Source: an uncultured Clostridia bacterium (GTDB lineage: Bacteria > Bacillota > Clostridia > TANB77 > CAG-508). Taken from it: a stretch of DNA of 64,000 nucleotides. The stretch spans positions 3,797-67,796 of the forward strand of contig CALXXJ010000003.1 in assembly GCA_944392665.1 (NCBI GenBank). The letters are read 5' to 3'. Both the position numbers and the translations under genes were made by a program. Positions 10,037 to 20,950 of the stretch are shown here, piece after piece (position 1 is the first letter of the stretch; every line of letters begins with the position of its first letter). The notes below the pieces were generated by a model. The model searched no databases and had not been told where the DNA came from. It saw only the letters and a list, made by a program, of their open reading frames with translations.

Positions 10037-11173
10037 TTATTTATATTCTTCCATAAGTTCATCTCTCACTTTTTTATCTAATGCTAAAATTTCTTCCACA
10101 GATGTTAATGGTATTACTTTATGATTATCTAAAGCTTTTTCAATCATTCTTGGTATCTCTGTATAAGTAATTTCTTTATCTAAAAATTTCTTTACTGCCA
10201 CTTCATTTGCCGCATTTAAAACAACTTGTGCACTATGTCCCATTTCTATTGCCTTAAAAGCTAATTTTAAACATTTAAATTTTTCTAAATCTGGCTTTTC
10301 AAATTTTAGTGTTTGCACTTCAAATAAATCTAATTTTTCAATTCTATTTTCTAATCTTGTTGGATAATTTAATGCATATGCGATTGGAATTTGCATATCT
10401 TTTGGTCCAATATTCGCCATAATGGTTCCGTCTTTAAATTGTACCATAGAATGTACTAAACTTTGTCTATGCACAACTACTTGAATATTTGATGGATCTA
10501 CATCAAATAACCATCTAGCCTCTATGACTTCAAAACCTTTATTCATCATTGTAGATGAGTCAATGGTAACTTTTGGTCCCATTTTCCATGTTGGATGGTT
10601 TAGAGCTTGTTCTGGTGTAATATCATCTGTAATTGGTTTATCAAAAAATGGTCCTCCAGATGCAGTTAATAATATTTTATCAATTGGATTGGTTTCCTCT
10701 CCTCTTAAGCATTGCATAATAGCACTATGCTCACTATCTACTGTAAGTAACTCTGTTTTACATTCTTTTGCTAAATTCATAATCAAAGAACCACCTGTTA
10801 CCAATACTTCTTTATTCGCTAGTGCAACTTGTTTGGTATGTTTTATCATGTTGTAAGTTGGTTCTAATCCTGAAACTCCAACTAAAGCTGATACAGCAAT
10901 ATCTGCATCTTCTAATTTAGAAATTTCTCTTAATCCGTCTTCCCCATAATAAATATCTAAATTAGGAAATTCTTTTTTCAATCTGTCAGCATTTTCTTTT
11001 GCTGTAATATACACATGTTTTGGTTGAAATTTATGAATTTGCTCAATCAATCTTTCAATATTTCTTCCAGCAACTAATGTAATTGCTTGAAACAAATCAG
11101 GATTTTCCTCCACAATTCTTAATGTTGTTGTTCCAATGGAACCTGTTGAACCAAAAATAGATATTTTTTTCAT
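10037..11173 (-). CDS. dxr: 1-deoxy-D-xylulose 5-phosphate reductoisomerase
   Basis: MKKISIFGSTGSIGTTTL... NADPH-binding N-terminus. 378 aa. Confidence 0.9.
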   Translation of the reverse strand: MKKISIFGSTGSIGTTTLRIVEENPDLFQAITLVAGRNIERLIEQIHKFQPKHVYITAKENADRLKKEFPNLDIYYGEDGLREISKLEDADIAVSALVGVSGLEPTYNMIKHTKQVALANKEVLVTGGSLIMNLAKECKTELLTVDSEHSAIMQCLRGEETNPIDKILLTASGGPFFDKPITDDITPEQALNHPTWKMGPKVTIDSSTMMNKGFEVIEARWLFDVDPSNIQVVVHRQSLVHSMVQFKDGTIMANIGPKDMQIPIAYALNYPTRLENRIEKLDLFEVQTLKFEKPDLEKFKCLKLAFKAIEMGHSAQVVLNAANEVAVKKFLDKEITYTEIPRMIEKALDNHKVIPLTSVEEILALDKKVRDELMEEYK

Positions 11174-11343
11174 TTATAATTCCTCCTATAATTTTTTTAT
11201 CATTTCTTCTATTTGTTTATCTTCCTTTATTTTTTCTTTAATTATATCAGTCATTCATTTTTTTAGCAATTATTTTCCTTAAAATAACAAAGAAGTAGAT
11301 CAATCATTTGATTTCTTAGATTAAGCTACCCCGTTTTGCTTCT

Positions 11344-13684
11344 TTAATGTGAAATATCTTCATTTATATTTTCAATATAATATTCTCTAATTTTCATTAT
11401 TAGCTCATTTTTATCACATCCTAGTTTATCTGATAAATCTTCTAACACATCATCGACATCTTCTCCCATATCAATTCTCTTAAGAATTTCCGTTTTTATT
11501 TGTGCTATATCTTTATCTTCATCATATACTCTATTTAAAGCTTCATTTTCTACATCTGATTTATCATCTTTTACTTCAAGATTTCCATACTTATCTGTAT
11601 TGTAACATGTTCTAGTTTCTCTTATTACAAAATTATCCAATATTATTTTGCCTTTCATTGCCAATTTGGCTCTCAGTGTTATTTTTCTAAAAAGTGTGTC
11701 TTCATCATCTTCATGATTTTTTTCTAAATCACCACATTTTTCTATAATATATAGAAATGTATCTGATGCATAATCATCTATCTTTGAAGCAATTTTATAA
11801 TTGTTGCACAATTTTACTGCTATAGCTCTAGAAATATTTGTAATTCTATTTACATATTTCTGTATAAATTCTGTTGAACACCCTATTTTTTTCTTGCCAT
11901 ACCAACATCCATTTTGTTTTTCTAATATTTCTTTAATTTCCTTTACATCATAAATAAATATTGTCAATATATATTTTAAGCACTCTTCAAATGTAATATC
12001 ATTTTCCTCTGCAAATGTTTTTATTTCTTGTTTTGAATGAAATTCTACATTTGTATTTTTTATACTATTTTTAAAATTATCTTTTGCTTTTTTTATTCTT
12101 TTGTTTAAAATTGGTTGTTTTAAGCCTTTTCGTAAAATTCCGTATATCAACACCGATTACTTCAGCAAAAGTTCTTCTAGTTCCTTGTTTACCAAATTTT
12201 TCATGAATTTTTTCAAATTCTTCTAAGTCTATCCTATATCCTAAATAATAACCATTACTATCAAGAGATTTAGATATCTCTGTACCATATTTTTCTAGCA
12301 GTCCTAAAAAAATTCTTGCTTTGATTTTTCTTTTTCCTCTCATATCATGCAATTTACTTTTAGGAATTTCTAATATTTGTTCTGCATAATCCCTTTCTAA
12401 TAATCTAATAGGATATTTTATATATATTTCTCTCAAACAATCTATATCTATCCATTCACCTATTTGTAATTCCTTTAATATTCCTTGTTGTAAAGCTTTA
12501 ATTTCATCTGGAGAAATTTTTTCATTTTGTAGTATAATCACTTTCTTTTTTGCGTTATTAGTAAATTTCAAACTATAAAATACTTCTTGTTTAATATCTA
12601 ATATTTTCTCTGCAAATTCTTTTTCATTTAATGGGAAATAATTCTCATCATATATCCTTTTAAATTGTTCATAAGTTATCATCTCTCCTATATGTAAATT
12701 TTCTTTTTGGATAAGTTTTTTTCTAAAATTAGATACTGTATTCTCGTCTATTTCTAAGTTTTTTAATATAACTGCTTTATTCCCATTGCTTTTGATTGTT
12801 CTGAGACTTGCTTCAGTTATATCTAACATTTTTTCAGCAAATTCTTTTTCTGATAAAACAGTATAATATTTATCAAAAATTGCTTTAAATTCATCATAAT
12901 TCATTCCTTGTTTTTTATAAAGTTTTTCTTTCCAAATAATATATCTTCTAATTTTTAAAATTAATTCTTCACTTATAGTAGTTTTCTTTAAAATCCACAC
13001 TCTTTTTTGTGGATAGCATCTAGCCTCTGTGTATACTTTATTAGTTATATCCAATATTTTATTCATAAAATCTATTTCTGATATTCTGATATGATGTTTT
13101 TCAAATAAATTTCTACATTGTTCATATGTTAATGTATCACCTGAATGCAGTTTTTCTTCTTTTAAAAGTTTTTCTTTAAAACTTCTAATTTCTTCATCAC
13201 TAACTTCCTCATTTTCCAATATTGATGTCTTTGCTTTATCTGGTTTGGCTTTTATATTTCTAAGTCTAAAATTTGTAATATCTAGCATTTTTTCAAAATA
13301 TTCCTTTTCTTCTAAAGGTAAGAAATATTGCTCATTTTCAAAAAACTGTCTTATTTTATTATAAGTTAGTTGTTGGTCTTTATGTAATCTTTCTTGACAA
13401 ATCAGTTTTTCTCTTATATTTTTTATTCCTTGAGAATCGACTTGATAGTTTTTCAATATTTTTGCCGAACCCTTTGCATATTTCATGGCTTTTAAGGATA
13501 GTAAAGTAATCTCTAATATTTTTTCTGCAAATTCTTTCTCATTTAAAAAAATCCCTTCTTGCCCTAATATTTCTTGTGATTTTTTATAAATTTCAAGAAA
13601 TTCTTGATAATATATGCTATCGTTTTTGCGCAGTTTTAGTGTGTATATTATTAATCTTTTACATTTTTCTAACTTATCTTTCAA
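11344..13684 (-). pseudogene. large hypothetical protein of tandem ~76-aa HTH-like modules, split by a frameshift in a homopolymer (T7 at 12088-12094)
   Basis: ORFs 12077..13684 and 11344..12153 overlap by 77 nt. The modules (consensus ..EKEFAEKILDIT..L..IK....K..IL.N..I....I...R.KL..E..LH.G..ITYEQ..) continue across the junction (..RTFAEVIGVDIRNFTKRL.. then ..QEIKTFAEENDITFEECLKYI..). The downstream ORF has only a TTG 'start' inside the upstream ORF. Confidence 0.45.
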
Positions 13685-13765
13685 AATTTTCTCCTCTAAT
13701 CAAAATTTTCCGTATATTATTGTATCACTTTTATGAACATTATGTCAATTTGTAGCCATATAAGT

Positions 13766-13793
13766 AATACCTATCCGCACTTGGATAGGTATT
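13766..13793. terminator. perfect 11-bp stem hairpin (AATACCTATCC-gcactt-GGATAGGTATT) just downstream of mutS
   Basis: Seen directly. It lies between the mutS stop (13800) and the start of the upstream HTH-repeat gene. No strong T-run follows. Confidence 0.35.
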
Positions 13794-13799
13794 ATCAAA

Positions 13800-16427
13800 T
13801 TACTTCATCTTTTCTTTTATTCTTACCAATGTATTTAATGCATCAATTGGTGTTAATTCATTTAAATTAATTTTATCAATTTCATGAGCAATTTCTGCTA
13901 ATTTGAAATTATACATATCAAATTGGCCTTCTACTTGCTTCTTATCTTTCTTTTCTTCTTTTTTTCCTGTTAAGATATTTTTTCTTTCTAAAGATTTTAA
14001 GATTTTATTTGCCTCTTCTGTTACTAATTTTGGAACACCTGCTAATCTTGCTACATGAATACCATAGCTTTCATCTGTTCCTCCTCTAACAATCTTTCTT
14101 AAAAAGATAATATCTTCTCCTTTTTCTTTAACGGCAATAGAATAGTTTTTTACACCTTCTATTTTTTCTTCTAGTTCAGTTAATTCATGATAATGTGTTG
14201 CAAATAAAGTTTTTGCTCCGCATTTTTCTTTGTTGGCAATATATTCTGCTACTGCCCAAGCAATTGATAATCCATCATAGGTAGATGTTCCTCTTCCAAT
14301 TTCATCTAAAATAACTAAACTGTTTGGTGTTGCTTCTTTTAAAATCGTTGCTACTTCCATCATTTCTACCATAAAAGTACTTTGTCCCATACTTAAATCA
14401 TCAGATGCCCCTACTCTTGTAAAAATTTTATCTACTACCCCAATTTTTGCTTCTTCTGCTGGTACAAAACTTCCGACTTGTGCCATTAAGGTAATCAATG
14501 CCACTTGTCTCATATATGTTGATTTACCAGCCATGTTAGGTCCTGTTATGATAGATAATCTATTTTCATTTTTATCTAAATAGGTATCATTTTCAACAAA
14601 TTCTCCTGCACCTAGCATTTTTTCGATAACAGGATGCCTTCCTCCCTTGATATCAATAATACCTGAATTATCTACTTGTGGCATACAGTAATTCATATCT
14701 TCTGCTACCTGTGCAAATGATGCTAATACATCTAAAGTAGATATCATTGTTGCTGTTTTTTGTAATCTGATAACATTTTTAGCAATTTCTTCCCTTATTT
14801 TCGTAAATAAATCATATTCTAGGCTAACGACTTTTTCTTCTGCTCCTAAAATTTGGTTTTCTAAGTTTTTTAGTTCTTCTGTAATATATCTTTCTGCATT
14901 TGTTAAGGTTTGTTTTCTGATATATCTTTCAGGAACTTGATCTAAGTTTGATTTGGTAACTTCTATAAAATAGCCAAATACCTTATTAAATCCTACTTTT
15001 AAGTTCTTAATTCCTGTTTTTTCTTTTTCATCAGCTTCTAATTGAATAATCCAATTTTTTCCTTCTGTTGTTGCTGTTTTTAATTTATCAACCTCTTCAT
15101 TATATCCCATTTTAATGATTCCACCATCTTTTACAGTCATTGGTGGATCATCTATAATGGATTTTTCAATCAATTCATAAATATCTTGTAATTCATCTAG
15201 ATTCTCATATATATCTTTTAACATTGGAGATTCCGTGGTTTGCAAAACACTTTTTACTTCTGGTAATCTTGCTAAAGAATTTTTTAATGTAATCATATCT
15301 CTTGCATTGGCATTACCATAAGCCATTTTACCTGCTAATCTTTCAATATCATAAACTTTTTTTAGATTATCTACAACATCTCCTCTTAGCATGACATTTT
15401 CTTTTAATTCTTTGACAGCTTCTAATCTTCTATTAATCTCTAAAGTATCAATTAATGGATCATTTAACCATCTTCTTAAGTGTCTTCCTCCCATAGAAGT
15501 TGATGTTTTATCTAACACCCATAATAAAGTTCCTTTTTTAGATTTATCTCTCATCTTTTCTGTGATTTCTAGATTTCTTCTAGCATTAATATCTAATGAC
15601 ATATATTTTGATATTTGATAAACCGTAATTTTATTAATATGGTCTAAACTCGTCATTTGCGTTTGTTCTATGTATTCAATTAATGCATTGATACTTGCTA
15701 CTGCAAAACTTCTTTCTTCTATATTTTCAATTGGTTTTTGATTGGTATCTACTAAATTAAATCTTAATTTAATAATATCTGGTTTACTATCAAAAAATTT
15801 ATCTTGAAATCTTGTAATATATGTACTAAAACGTTCTCTAATTTTACTCATTTCTTCTGTGCAATCTGCTAAATTAGAGTTGATTACTAACTCTGATGGT
15901 GAATATCTTGCAATCTCATCTAATAATTGTGGAAAATTATTATTGTCTTTAATTTCTGCTGCATAAAATTCTCCCGTTGATATATCACATACACTAATAC
16001 CAAAATAGATTCCAGATTTAAAAATAGACATGATATAGTTATTTTTTCTTTCTTCAAGCATATTACTTTCTACAATGGTACCTGGTGTAACTACTCTAAT
16101 AACCCCTCTTTTGACAATGCCTTTTGCATTTTTAGGGTCTTCTAATTGTTCACATATAGCCACTTTGTATCCTTTTGCAATTAATCTGGAAATATACATT
16201 TCAGCTGCATGATGTGGTACACCTGCCATTGGTGCTCTTTCTTCTTGTCCACAATCTTTTCCTGTTAATGTAATTTCTAGTTCTCTTGCTGCAGTAATGG
16301 CATCATCAAAAAACATTTCGTAAAAGTCACCTAATCTATAAAACAAGATGCAATCTTTGTATTGTTCTTTGGTTTCAAGATATCTCTGCATCATAGGTGA
16401 AAATTCTTTGTTTTTATTTTCTGACAT
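13800..16427 (-). CDS. mutS: DNA mismatch repair protein MutS
   Basis: 875 aa with the mismatch-binding N-terminus (GDFYEMF) and a Walker A motif (GPNMAGKST). Confidence 0.95.
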   Translation of the reverse strand: MSENKNKEFSPMMQRYLETKEQYKDCILFYRLGDFYEMFFDDAITAARELEITLTGKDCGQEERAPMAGVPHHAAEMYISRLIAKGYKVAICEQLEDPKNAKGIVKRGVIRVVTPGTIVESNMLEERKNNYIMSIFKSGIYFGISVCDISTGEFYAAEIKDNNNFPQLLDEIARYSPSELVINSNLADCTEEMSKIRERFSTYITRFQDKFFDSKPDIIKLRFNLVDTNQKPIENIEERSFAVASINALIEYIEQTQMTSLDHINKITVYQISKYMSLDINARRNLEITEKMRDKSKKGTLLWVLDKTSTSMGGRHLRRWLNDPLIDTLEINRRLEAVKELKENVMLRGDVVDNLKKVYDIERLAGKMAYGNANARDMITLKNSLARLPEVKSVLQTTESPMLKDIYENLDELQDIYELIEKSIIDDPPMTVKDGGIIKMGYNEEVDKLKTATTEGKNWIIQLEADEKEKTGIKNLKVGFNKVFGYFIEVTKSNLDQVPERYIRKQTLTNAERYITEELKNLENQILGAEEKVVSLEYDLFTKIREEIAKNVIRLQKTATMISTLDVLASFAQVAEDMNYCMPQVDNSGIIDIKGGRHPVIEKMLGAGEFVENDTYLDKNENRLSIITGPNMAGKSTYMRQVALITLMAQVGSFVPAEEAKIGVVDKIFTRVGASDDLSMGQSTFMVEMMEVATILKEATPNSLVILDEIGRGTSTYDGLSIAWAVAEYIANKEKCGAKTLFATHYHELTELEEKIEGVKNYSIAVKEKGEDIIFLRKIVRGGTDESYGIHVARLAGVPKLVTEEANKILKSLERKNILTGKKEEKKDKKQVEGQFDMYNFKLAEIAHEIDKINLNELTPIDALNTLVRIKEKMK

Positions 16428-16991
16428 TTATATTTCTTCTCCTTTTTCTTCTTTTTCTCTTTGCTTTTTTTCTCTGGCTAATTCTCTTTTTATTTCTTGG
16501 TAATGTTTCATATTTTTTTCTACTCCAGTATGTGAAATCGTTACATTTCCCAGTAAAGTCGTTCCTGAGCTAATAATTCTAGCTGCTTCAGCATAACTTC
16601 CATTAGCCTGTTCTACAATTTTCTCCATAATACTTAGCTTTCTTAGCAAGTCTTCTAATTCTGGTTTTGTAACAACAGGTCTACTAGGTAAATCCTCTAT
16701 CTTCTGCTGCAATTTCTCAGGTAATTCCTCTTTTTGTATATTCGGTACATACTGTTTTTCATACAAATCTATGATAGATAAATCTCCTCCACTTTCTTTT
16801 ATTTTTCTAATATTTCTAATTACTGTAGATCTTGCAATTTTTAGTTCATTTCTTGCTAAACATTCTTCAATTGAGCATCTTTCTTTCATAGCTTGTATCA
16901 ATAATGCTTCATAATCTATGTGTGTGTATTGCTTTGGTTTTATTCTACCTTGCTTATTATTTTTTTTATTTTTTTCCTCCATTACATACAC
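16428..16991 (-). CDS. hypothetical HTH-domain protein, translationally coupled to mutS
   Basis: 187 aa with a putative HTH (IEECLARNELKIARSTVIRNIRKI). Its stop abuts the mutS start. Confidence 0.4.
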   Translation of the reverse strand: MYVMEEKNKKNNKQGRIKPKQYTHIDYEALLIQAMKERCSIEECLARNELKIARSTVIRNIRKIKESGGDLSIIDLYEKQYVPNIQKEELPEKLQQKIEDLPSRPVVTKPELEDLLRKLSIMEKIVEQANGSYAEAARIISSGTTLLGNVTISHTGVEKNMKHYQEIKRELAREKKQREKEEKGEEI

Positions 16992-18396
16992 TTCCTTTTA
17001 AATACCACATATGTTCTGATACAATCTTTAAATCTATCATTTGGTTGATCAAGCTTTTGTCTCCTTCAAAGATAACCACTTTATTGCTATCTGTTCTTCC
17101 TGTTAACATGTTTTCATTATTCTTACTTGTTCCTTCAACTAACACTTTTTGAACAGTTCCTACATATTTTTGGTTATTCTCTTCGATTTGGCTTTCTACC
17201 AATGCTTTTAATCTATCAAAACGTTTGTGTTTGATTTCTTCTGGAATTTGATTTTCCATTTTATCTCCTGGTGTTCCTACTCTTCTTGAATAGATAAACA
17301 TATATACTTGTTCAAACCTTACTTTTCTTACAACATCTAATGTATCTTCAAATTCTTCCTCTGTCTCTCCTGGAAATCCAACAATAATATCTGTTGATAA
17401 TGTTAAATTTGGTATTTTTGCTTTCATCTTTTCCACTAGATTTAGATATTGTTCTTTCGTATATTTACGATTCATTGCTTTTAATACATTTGTATTTCCA
17501 GATTGTAATGGTAAATGTACTAATTTACATACTTTATCACAATTAGCAATTGCTTCAATTACATCATCTGTAAAATCTTTTGGATGTGGTGAAACAAATC
17601 GAATTCTCTCAATTCTATCTATTTTGTTAATTGCTTTTAATAATGTAGCAAAAGAATTAACACCATCATATTCTTCAAATGGTTTTCCTTTTTCTTTTTC
17701 CACTCGTAAATAGGAATTGACATTTTGCCCTAATAAAGTAATTTCTTTGTATCCTTGTTTTGCTAATTCTTCTACTTCTTTAATAATCTCTCTAGGTTCT
17801 CTACTTCTTTCTCTTCCCCTTACATAAGGGACAATACAATAGGTGCAAAAATTGTTACAACCATTCATAATGGTAACAGATGCTTTTATATTGCTATCTC
17901 TTTTAATTGGTAAGCCTTCATATATTTCTCCATCAATATCTAAAATATCTTCTTGTTTTTTCTTTTCCATTAATGCTTTGTATAAGTCTTCTGGAAAACG
18001 ATATAATGTATGTGTTCCAAATAAGATATCTACAAAAGGATAGCTTTCTTTAATTTTATCTGTTATATGTTTTTCTTGCATCATACAACCGCCAATCGCG
18101 ATAATGGTCCCTTTTTCCTCTTTTACGCGTTTTAATTCTCCCAATTTTCCAAATAGTTTATCTTCTGCATTTTCTCTTACACAACAGGTATTAAATAAGT
18201 TTAAATCAGCATCTTGAAAGTCATCAGTTCTAATATATCCCATTTTTTCCAACATACCACAAAGTTTTTCTGAATCATTTTCATTTAATTGACATCCCAT
18301 TGTCAAAATATGATATTTTAACGTTTTTCCTTGATTTAATTCTTTCACTTTTTCTATATATTCTTCTTGTTTTTTTACTTCTTTTATTGTATTCAC
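16966..18396 (-). CDS. miaB: tRNA-2-methylthio-N6-dimethylallyladenosine synthase
   Basis: MTTase N-terminal domain (ILTMGCQLNENDSE), a radical-SAM CxxxCxxC motif and a TRAM domain. 476 aa. Confidence 0.9.
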   Translation of the reverse strand: MNTIKEVKKQEEYIEKVKELNQGKTLKYHILTMGCQLNENDSEKLCGMLEKMGYIRTDDFQDADLNLFNTCCVRENAEDKLFGKLGELKRVKEEKGTIIAIGGCMMQEKHITDKIKESYPFVDILFGTHTLYRFPEDLYKALMEKKKQEDILDIDGEIYEGLPIKRDSNIKASVTIMNGCNNFCTYCIVPYVRGRERSREPREIIKEVEELAKQGYKEITLLGQNVNSYLRVEKEKGKPFEEYDGVNSFATLLKAINKIDRIERIRFVSPHPKDFTDDVIEAIANCDKVCKLVHLPLQSGNTNVLKAMNRKYTKEQYLNLVEKMKAKIPNLTLSTDIIVGFPGETEEEFEDTLDVVRKVRFEQVYMFIYSRRVGTPGDKMENQIPEEIKHKRFDRLKALVESQIEENNQKYVGTVQKVLVEGTSKNNENMLTGRTDSNKVVIFEGDKSLINQMIDLKIVSEHMWYLKGSVCNGGKK

Positions 18397-18531
18397 GCTT
18401 ATACCTCCATCATCTGCATATTTTATTATATTTTGGCGATTTTTGCAAGAAATTTGTCAGTAAAATCTTTTTTTAACTTGTTTTTAATGGTATAATATAT
18501 TAAAAGATGTACGAAGGAGGATTTTAGGAAT

Positions 18532-19200
18532 ATGGGAGATTTTGATTCTTTACAAAAAACAAAAATGTCTAAAAGAGCTGGAACTTCTAATGTAATTGAA
18601 CTATATAGACAAGCAAAAAAAACAAATAGAAGTATTACACTTACAGAATTACAAACTTTAAATATTGAATATTTGCAAAAGAATGATATAAGAAGAAAAA
18701 TAAATTCCACTTTACTTGCTTTATGGGGAATGCTTGATATGAAGTCCTATATAGATGCTATATTTGGTAATACAATAAATCCATATTTTTTGAACACAAA
18801 AGACTTACTTCCTATAAAAGATTTACCAGAATATACATATCTTTCTGATGAATCAAGACTTTTAAATTTACTAGATATTAAATATATTAAAGGTTTTGAA
18901 TTAGAGGGGGTTTCATTTAATGAAGTATTTTTAGTAACTTACGAAATTGCAGATAAAGATAATTATTTTAGACCGTATGTAACATTTTTAACACTAAATC
19001 AAGATAACCAATTTATTGAATTTGGATATGGATATGATACAAATGATAATGGAAATGTAGAACTGTTCCTATCTGCATATAATTATTTGGTTTATTTAAC
19101 TCCAAAAGGAACGATTCTGTCTCCTTTATCTGGTAAAATGACAAAATTAAAAATTCAAGATATTTTAACTTCTGAAGAAATTTCAAGATTATATAAATAA
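18532..19200 (+). CDS. hypothetical protein
   Basis: 222-aa ORF with a GGAGG RBS (AAGGAGGATTTTAGGAATATG), followed by a strong terminator. Confidence 0.4.
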   Translation: MGDFDSLQKTKMSKRAGTSNVIELYRQAKKTNRSITLTELQTLNIEYLQKNDIRRKINSTLLALWGMLDMKSYIDAIFGNTINPYFLNTKDLLPIKDLPEYTYLSDESRLLNLLDIKYIKGFELEGVSFNEVFLVTYEIADKDNYFRPYVTFLTLNQDNQFIEFGYGYDTNDNGNVELFLSAYNYLVYLTPKGTILSPLSGKMTKLKIQDILTSEEISRLYK

Positions 19201-19205
19201 ATATG

Positions 19206-19241
19206 AAACCACTTCTCGAAAATGGAGGTGGTTTCTTTTTT
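19206..19241 (+). terminator. rho-independent terminator (AAACCACtTC..GAgGTGGTTT plus T6)
   Basis: Stem-loop followed by TTTTTT immediately after the stop of the 18532..19200 gene. Confidence 0.6.
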
Positions 19242-19323
19242 AGAAATACCTTCCTTACAGATATTTTTTTATTTTAAAAAAAATAAAAGTAGAGATTTTC
19301 TACTTCCATTTTTATAACTTTTC

Positions 19324-19524
19324 CTATGCAAGTCCATATTTTTTCTTAAATCTATCTGCTCTACCACCAGCTGTCTCTTGTCTTAAGTTTCCTGTCCAGA
19401 ATGGATGACATTTAGAGCATATATCTACTTTGATATCTTTTTTTGTTGAACCAACTTCTAAAACATTTCCACATGCACATGTGATTGTAGTTTGGTTGTA
19501 ATTTGGATGTATTCCTTCTTTCAT
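19324..19524 (-). CDS. rpmE: 50S ribosomal protein L31
   Basis: [20 protein letters not shown]...[10 protein letters not shown]. 66 aa. Confidence 0.9.
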   Translation of the reverse strand: MKEGIHPNYNQTTITCACGNVLEVGSTKKDIKVDICSKCHPFWTGNLRQETAGGRADRFKKKYGLA

Positions 19525-19602
19525 TGATTGTTCACCTCTTTCTTAAATTGAAATAATATGACTGTTTTTCATCATAACATATTTTTTTATATTTTTCAAG
19601 AC

Positions 19603-19782
19603 CTAATTTGTGTTATTTTCATTATTATTTGTTTCATTTTGTTGTTGGTCATATATATATTGCGCAGAAGACAACATTTCACTGTTTAGTGAAAGTTTGT
19701 GTACTAATTTATTCATGATATTAAACACACAAGCTATAATTAAAATAAGCATTCCAATTTTTTTCCAATATTTAGCAAGCAT
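19603..19782 (-). CDS. putative small membrane protein (59 aa), below the ORF-track size cut-off
   Basis: Minus-strand ATG with an AGGAAG RBS 8 nt upstream. The product MLAKYWKKIGMLILIIACVFNIMNKLVHKL... has one TM helix and an Asn/Gln-rich tail. Confidence 0.3.
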   Translation of the reverse strand: MLAKYWKKIGMLILIIACVFNIMNKLVHKLSLNSEMLSSAQYIYDQQQNETNNNENNTN

Positions 19783-19886
19783 ATGTTTTTCTTCCTTTCA
19801 TAAATATCCATATATAATTATATATATTTTTTCGTGAATTGTCAATATTTTTTTAAGTTTTGGTTACAATAAAATTGGTGATTTAA

Positions 19887-20636
19887 ATGAATAAAAAGTT
19901 AAAAATCTTTATCATCATTGGACTAGTTGCATTAATTGGAATTGGTGTTTATGTTTATATACAAAACACTAATAAAAATAATGAACAAAGCAATTATGAA
20001 GCTGATAAAACTTCAGCAGAAAACAATGCATCTAGTGAAGAAAATACAGATAATACAGAAAATACATCTAATAATGAATCTACTACCAATTCAAATACTT
20101 CAGATAATACATCAGAAGCTACAAATGTAACCTCTGAAAACACTTCAAGTACAGAAAGCGCAACAAAAACAGTCGAAGAACAACTCTCTGCTTTTTCCAC
20201 AAAAATCTATTCCAATGATACAAATAGAACAAAAAATATGGAAATTACAACTTCCACATTAAATGGAACTATTGTAAAAAATGGTGAAACATTTTCTTTT
20301 TGTAATACGGTTGGTCCTGCCACAAGTAGTAAAGGTTATTTAGAAGCTGATATCTATGATCATGACGGTAACAAGAAAAAAGGTTATGGCGGTGGCAATT
20401 GTCAAGTTAGCAGTACTTTATATAACGCTGTATTAGCCGTTTCTAGCTTGACTGTTATTGAGAGACATCCACATAGTAATCATGTCCCATATGTAGCCGA
20501 TGGTAAAGATGCTGCTGTTGCTTCTGGTAGTTATGATTTTAAGTTTCGAAATGATACAGGAAATGATATAAAAATCTTATCTTCTGTTACAGAAGGTTTA
20601 GTAAATGTTACATTAATGAGTTTAAAAACACAATAA
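19887..20636 (+). CDS. VanW-family protein
   Basis: N-terminal TM, an S/T/N-rich linker, then the VanW domain (..GETFSFCNTVGP...GYGGGNCQVSSTLYNAVL...ERHPHS). 249 aa. Confidence 0.7.
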   Translation: MNKKLKIFIIIGLVALIGIGVYVYIQNTNKNNEQSNYEADKTSAENNASSEENTDNTENTSNNESTTNSNTSDNTSEATNVTSENTSSTESATKTVEEQLSAFSTKIYSNDTNRTKNMEITTSTLNGTIVKNGETFSFCNTVGPATSSKGYLEADIYDHDGNKKKGYGGGNCQVSSTLYNAVLAVSSLTVIERHPHSNHVPYVADGKDAAVASGSYDFKFRNDTGNDIKILSSVTEGLVNVTLMSLKTQ

Positions 20637-20686
20637 GGGATTTTGGGGACGGACTCAAATTTCCCTTTTTTCTTTTGCGAACATTT

Positions 20687-20718
20687 TGTCCTTTTGGGGA
20701 CGTTTCTGTTTGGGACAT
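20687..20718 (+). repeat. REP-like palindromic repeat, copy A (TGTCCTTTTGGGGACGTTTCTGTTTGGGACAT)
   Basis: Exact 32-mer. The flanking TTTTGGGGACGG at 20641-20652 is a partial extra copy. Confidence 0.75.
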
Positions 20719-20875
20719 TTTTATATAAAATTAATTTTAGAAAAGTAAATGTATTAAATTTTATTTATTCTGCAACGCATGCTAAGTAAAACAAATAAAA
20801 TTGAATATATTTACTTTGTTTTTTTGTTGTAAGTGAAAAAAACGTCCAAATGGAAACGTCCCCAATTGTCCCAAA

Positions 20876-20908
20876 ATGTCCCAAACAGAAACGTCCCCAA
20901 AAGGACAT
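20876..20908 (-). repeat. REP-like repeat, copy B (inverted relative to A); fragments precede it at 20840-20875
   Basis: ATGTCCCAAACAGAAACGTCCCCAAAAGGACAT is the reverse complement of the consensus. AAACGTCCAAATGG and GAAACGTCCCCAATTGTCCCAAA are partial copies. Confidence 0.75.
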
Positions 20909-20950
20909 AATTTTTGTTTTTCTTAATATCATTTAAAAAGGTGATATTTT

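Noticed and set aside
18426-18710. 94-aa minus-strand ORF overlapping the miaB promoter region and the start of the 18532 gene
   Set aside because: No RBS, and a hydrophobic low-complexity product. It overlaps a better-supported plus-strand gene and the divergent promoter region.
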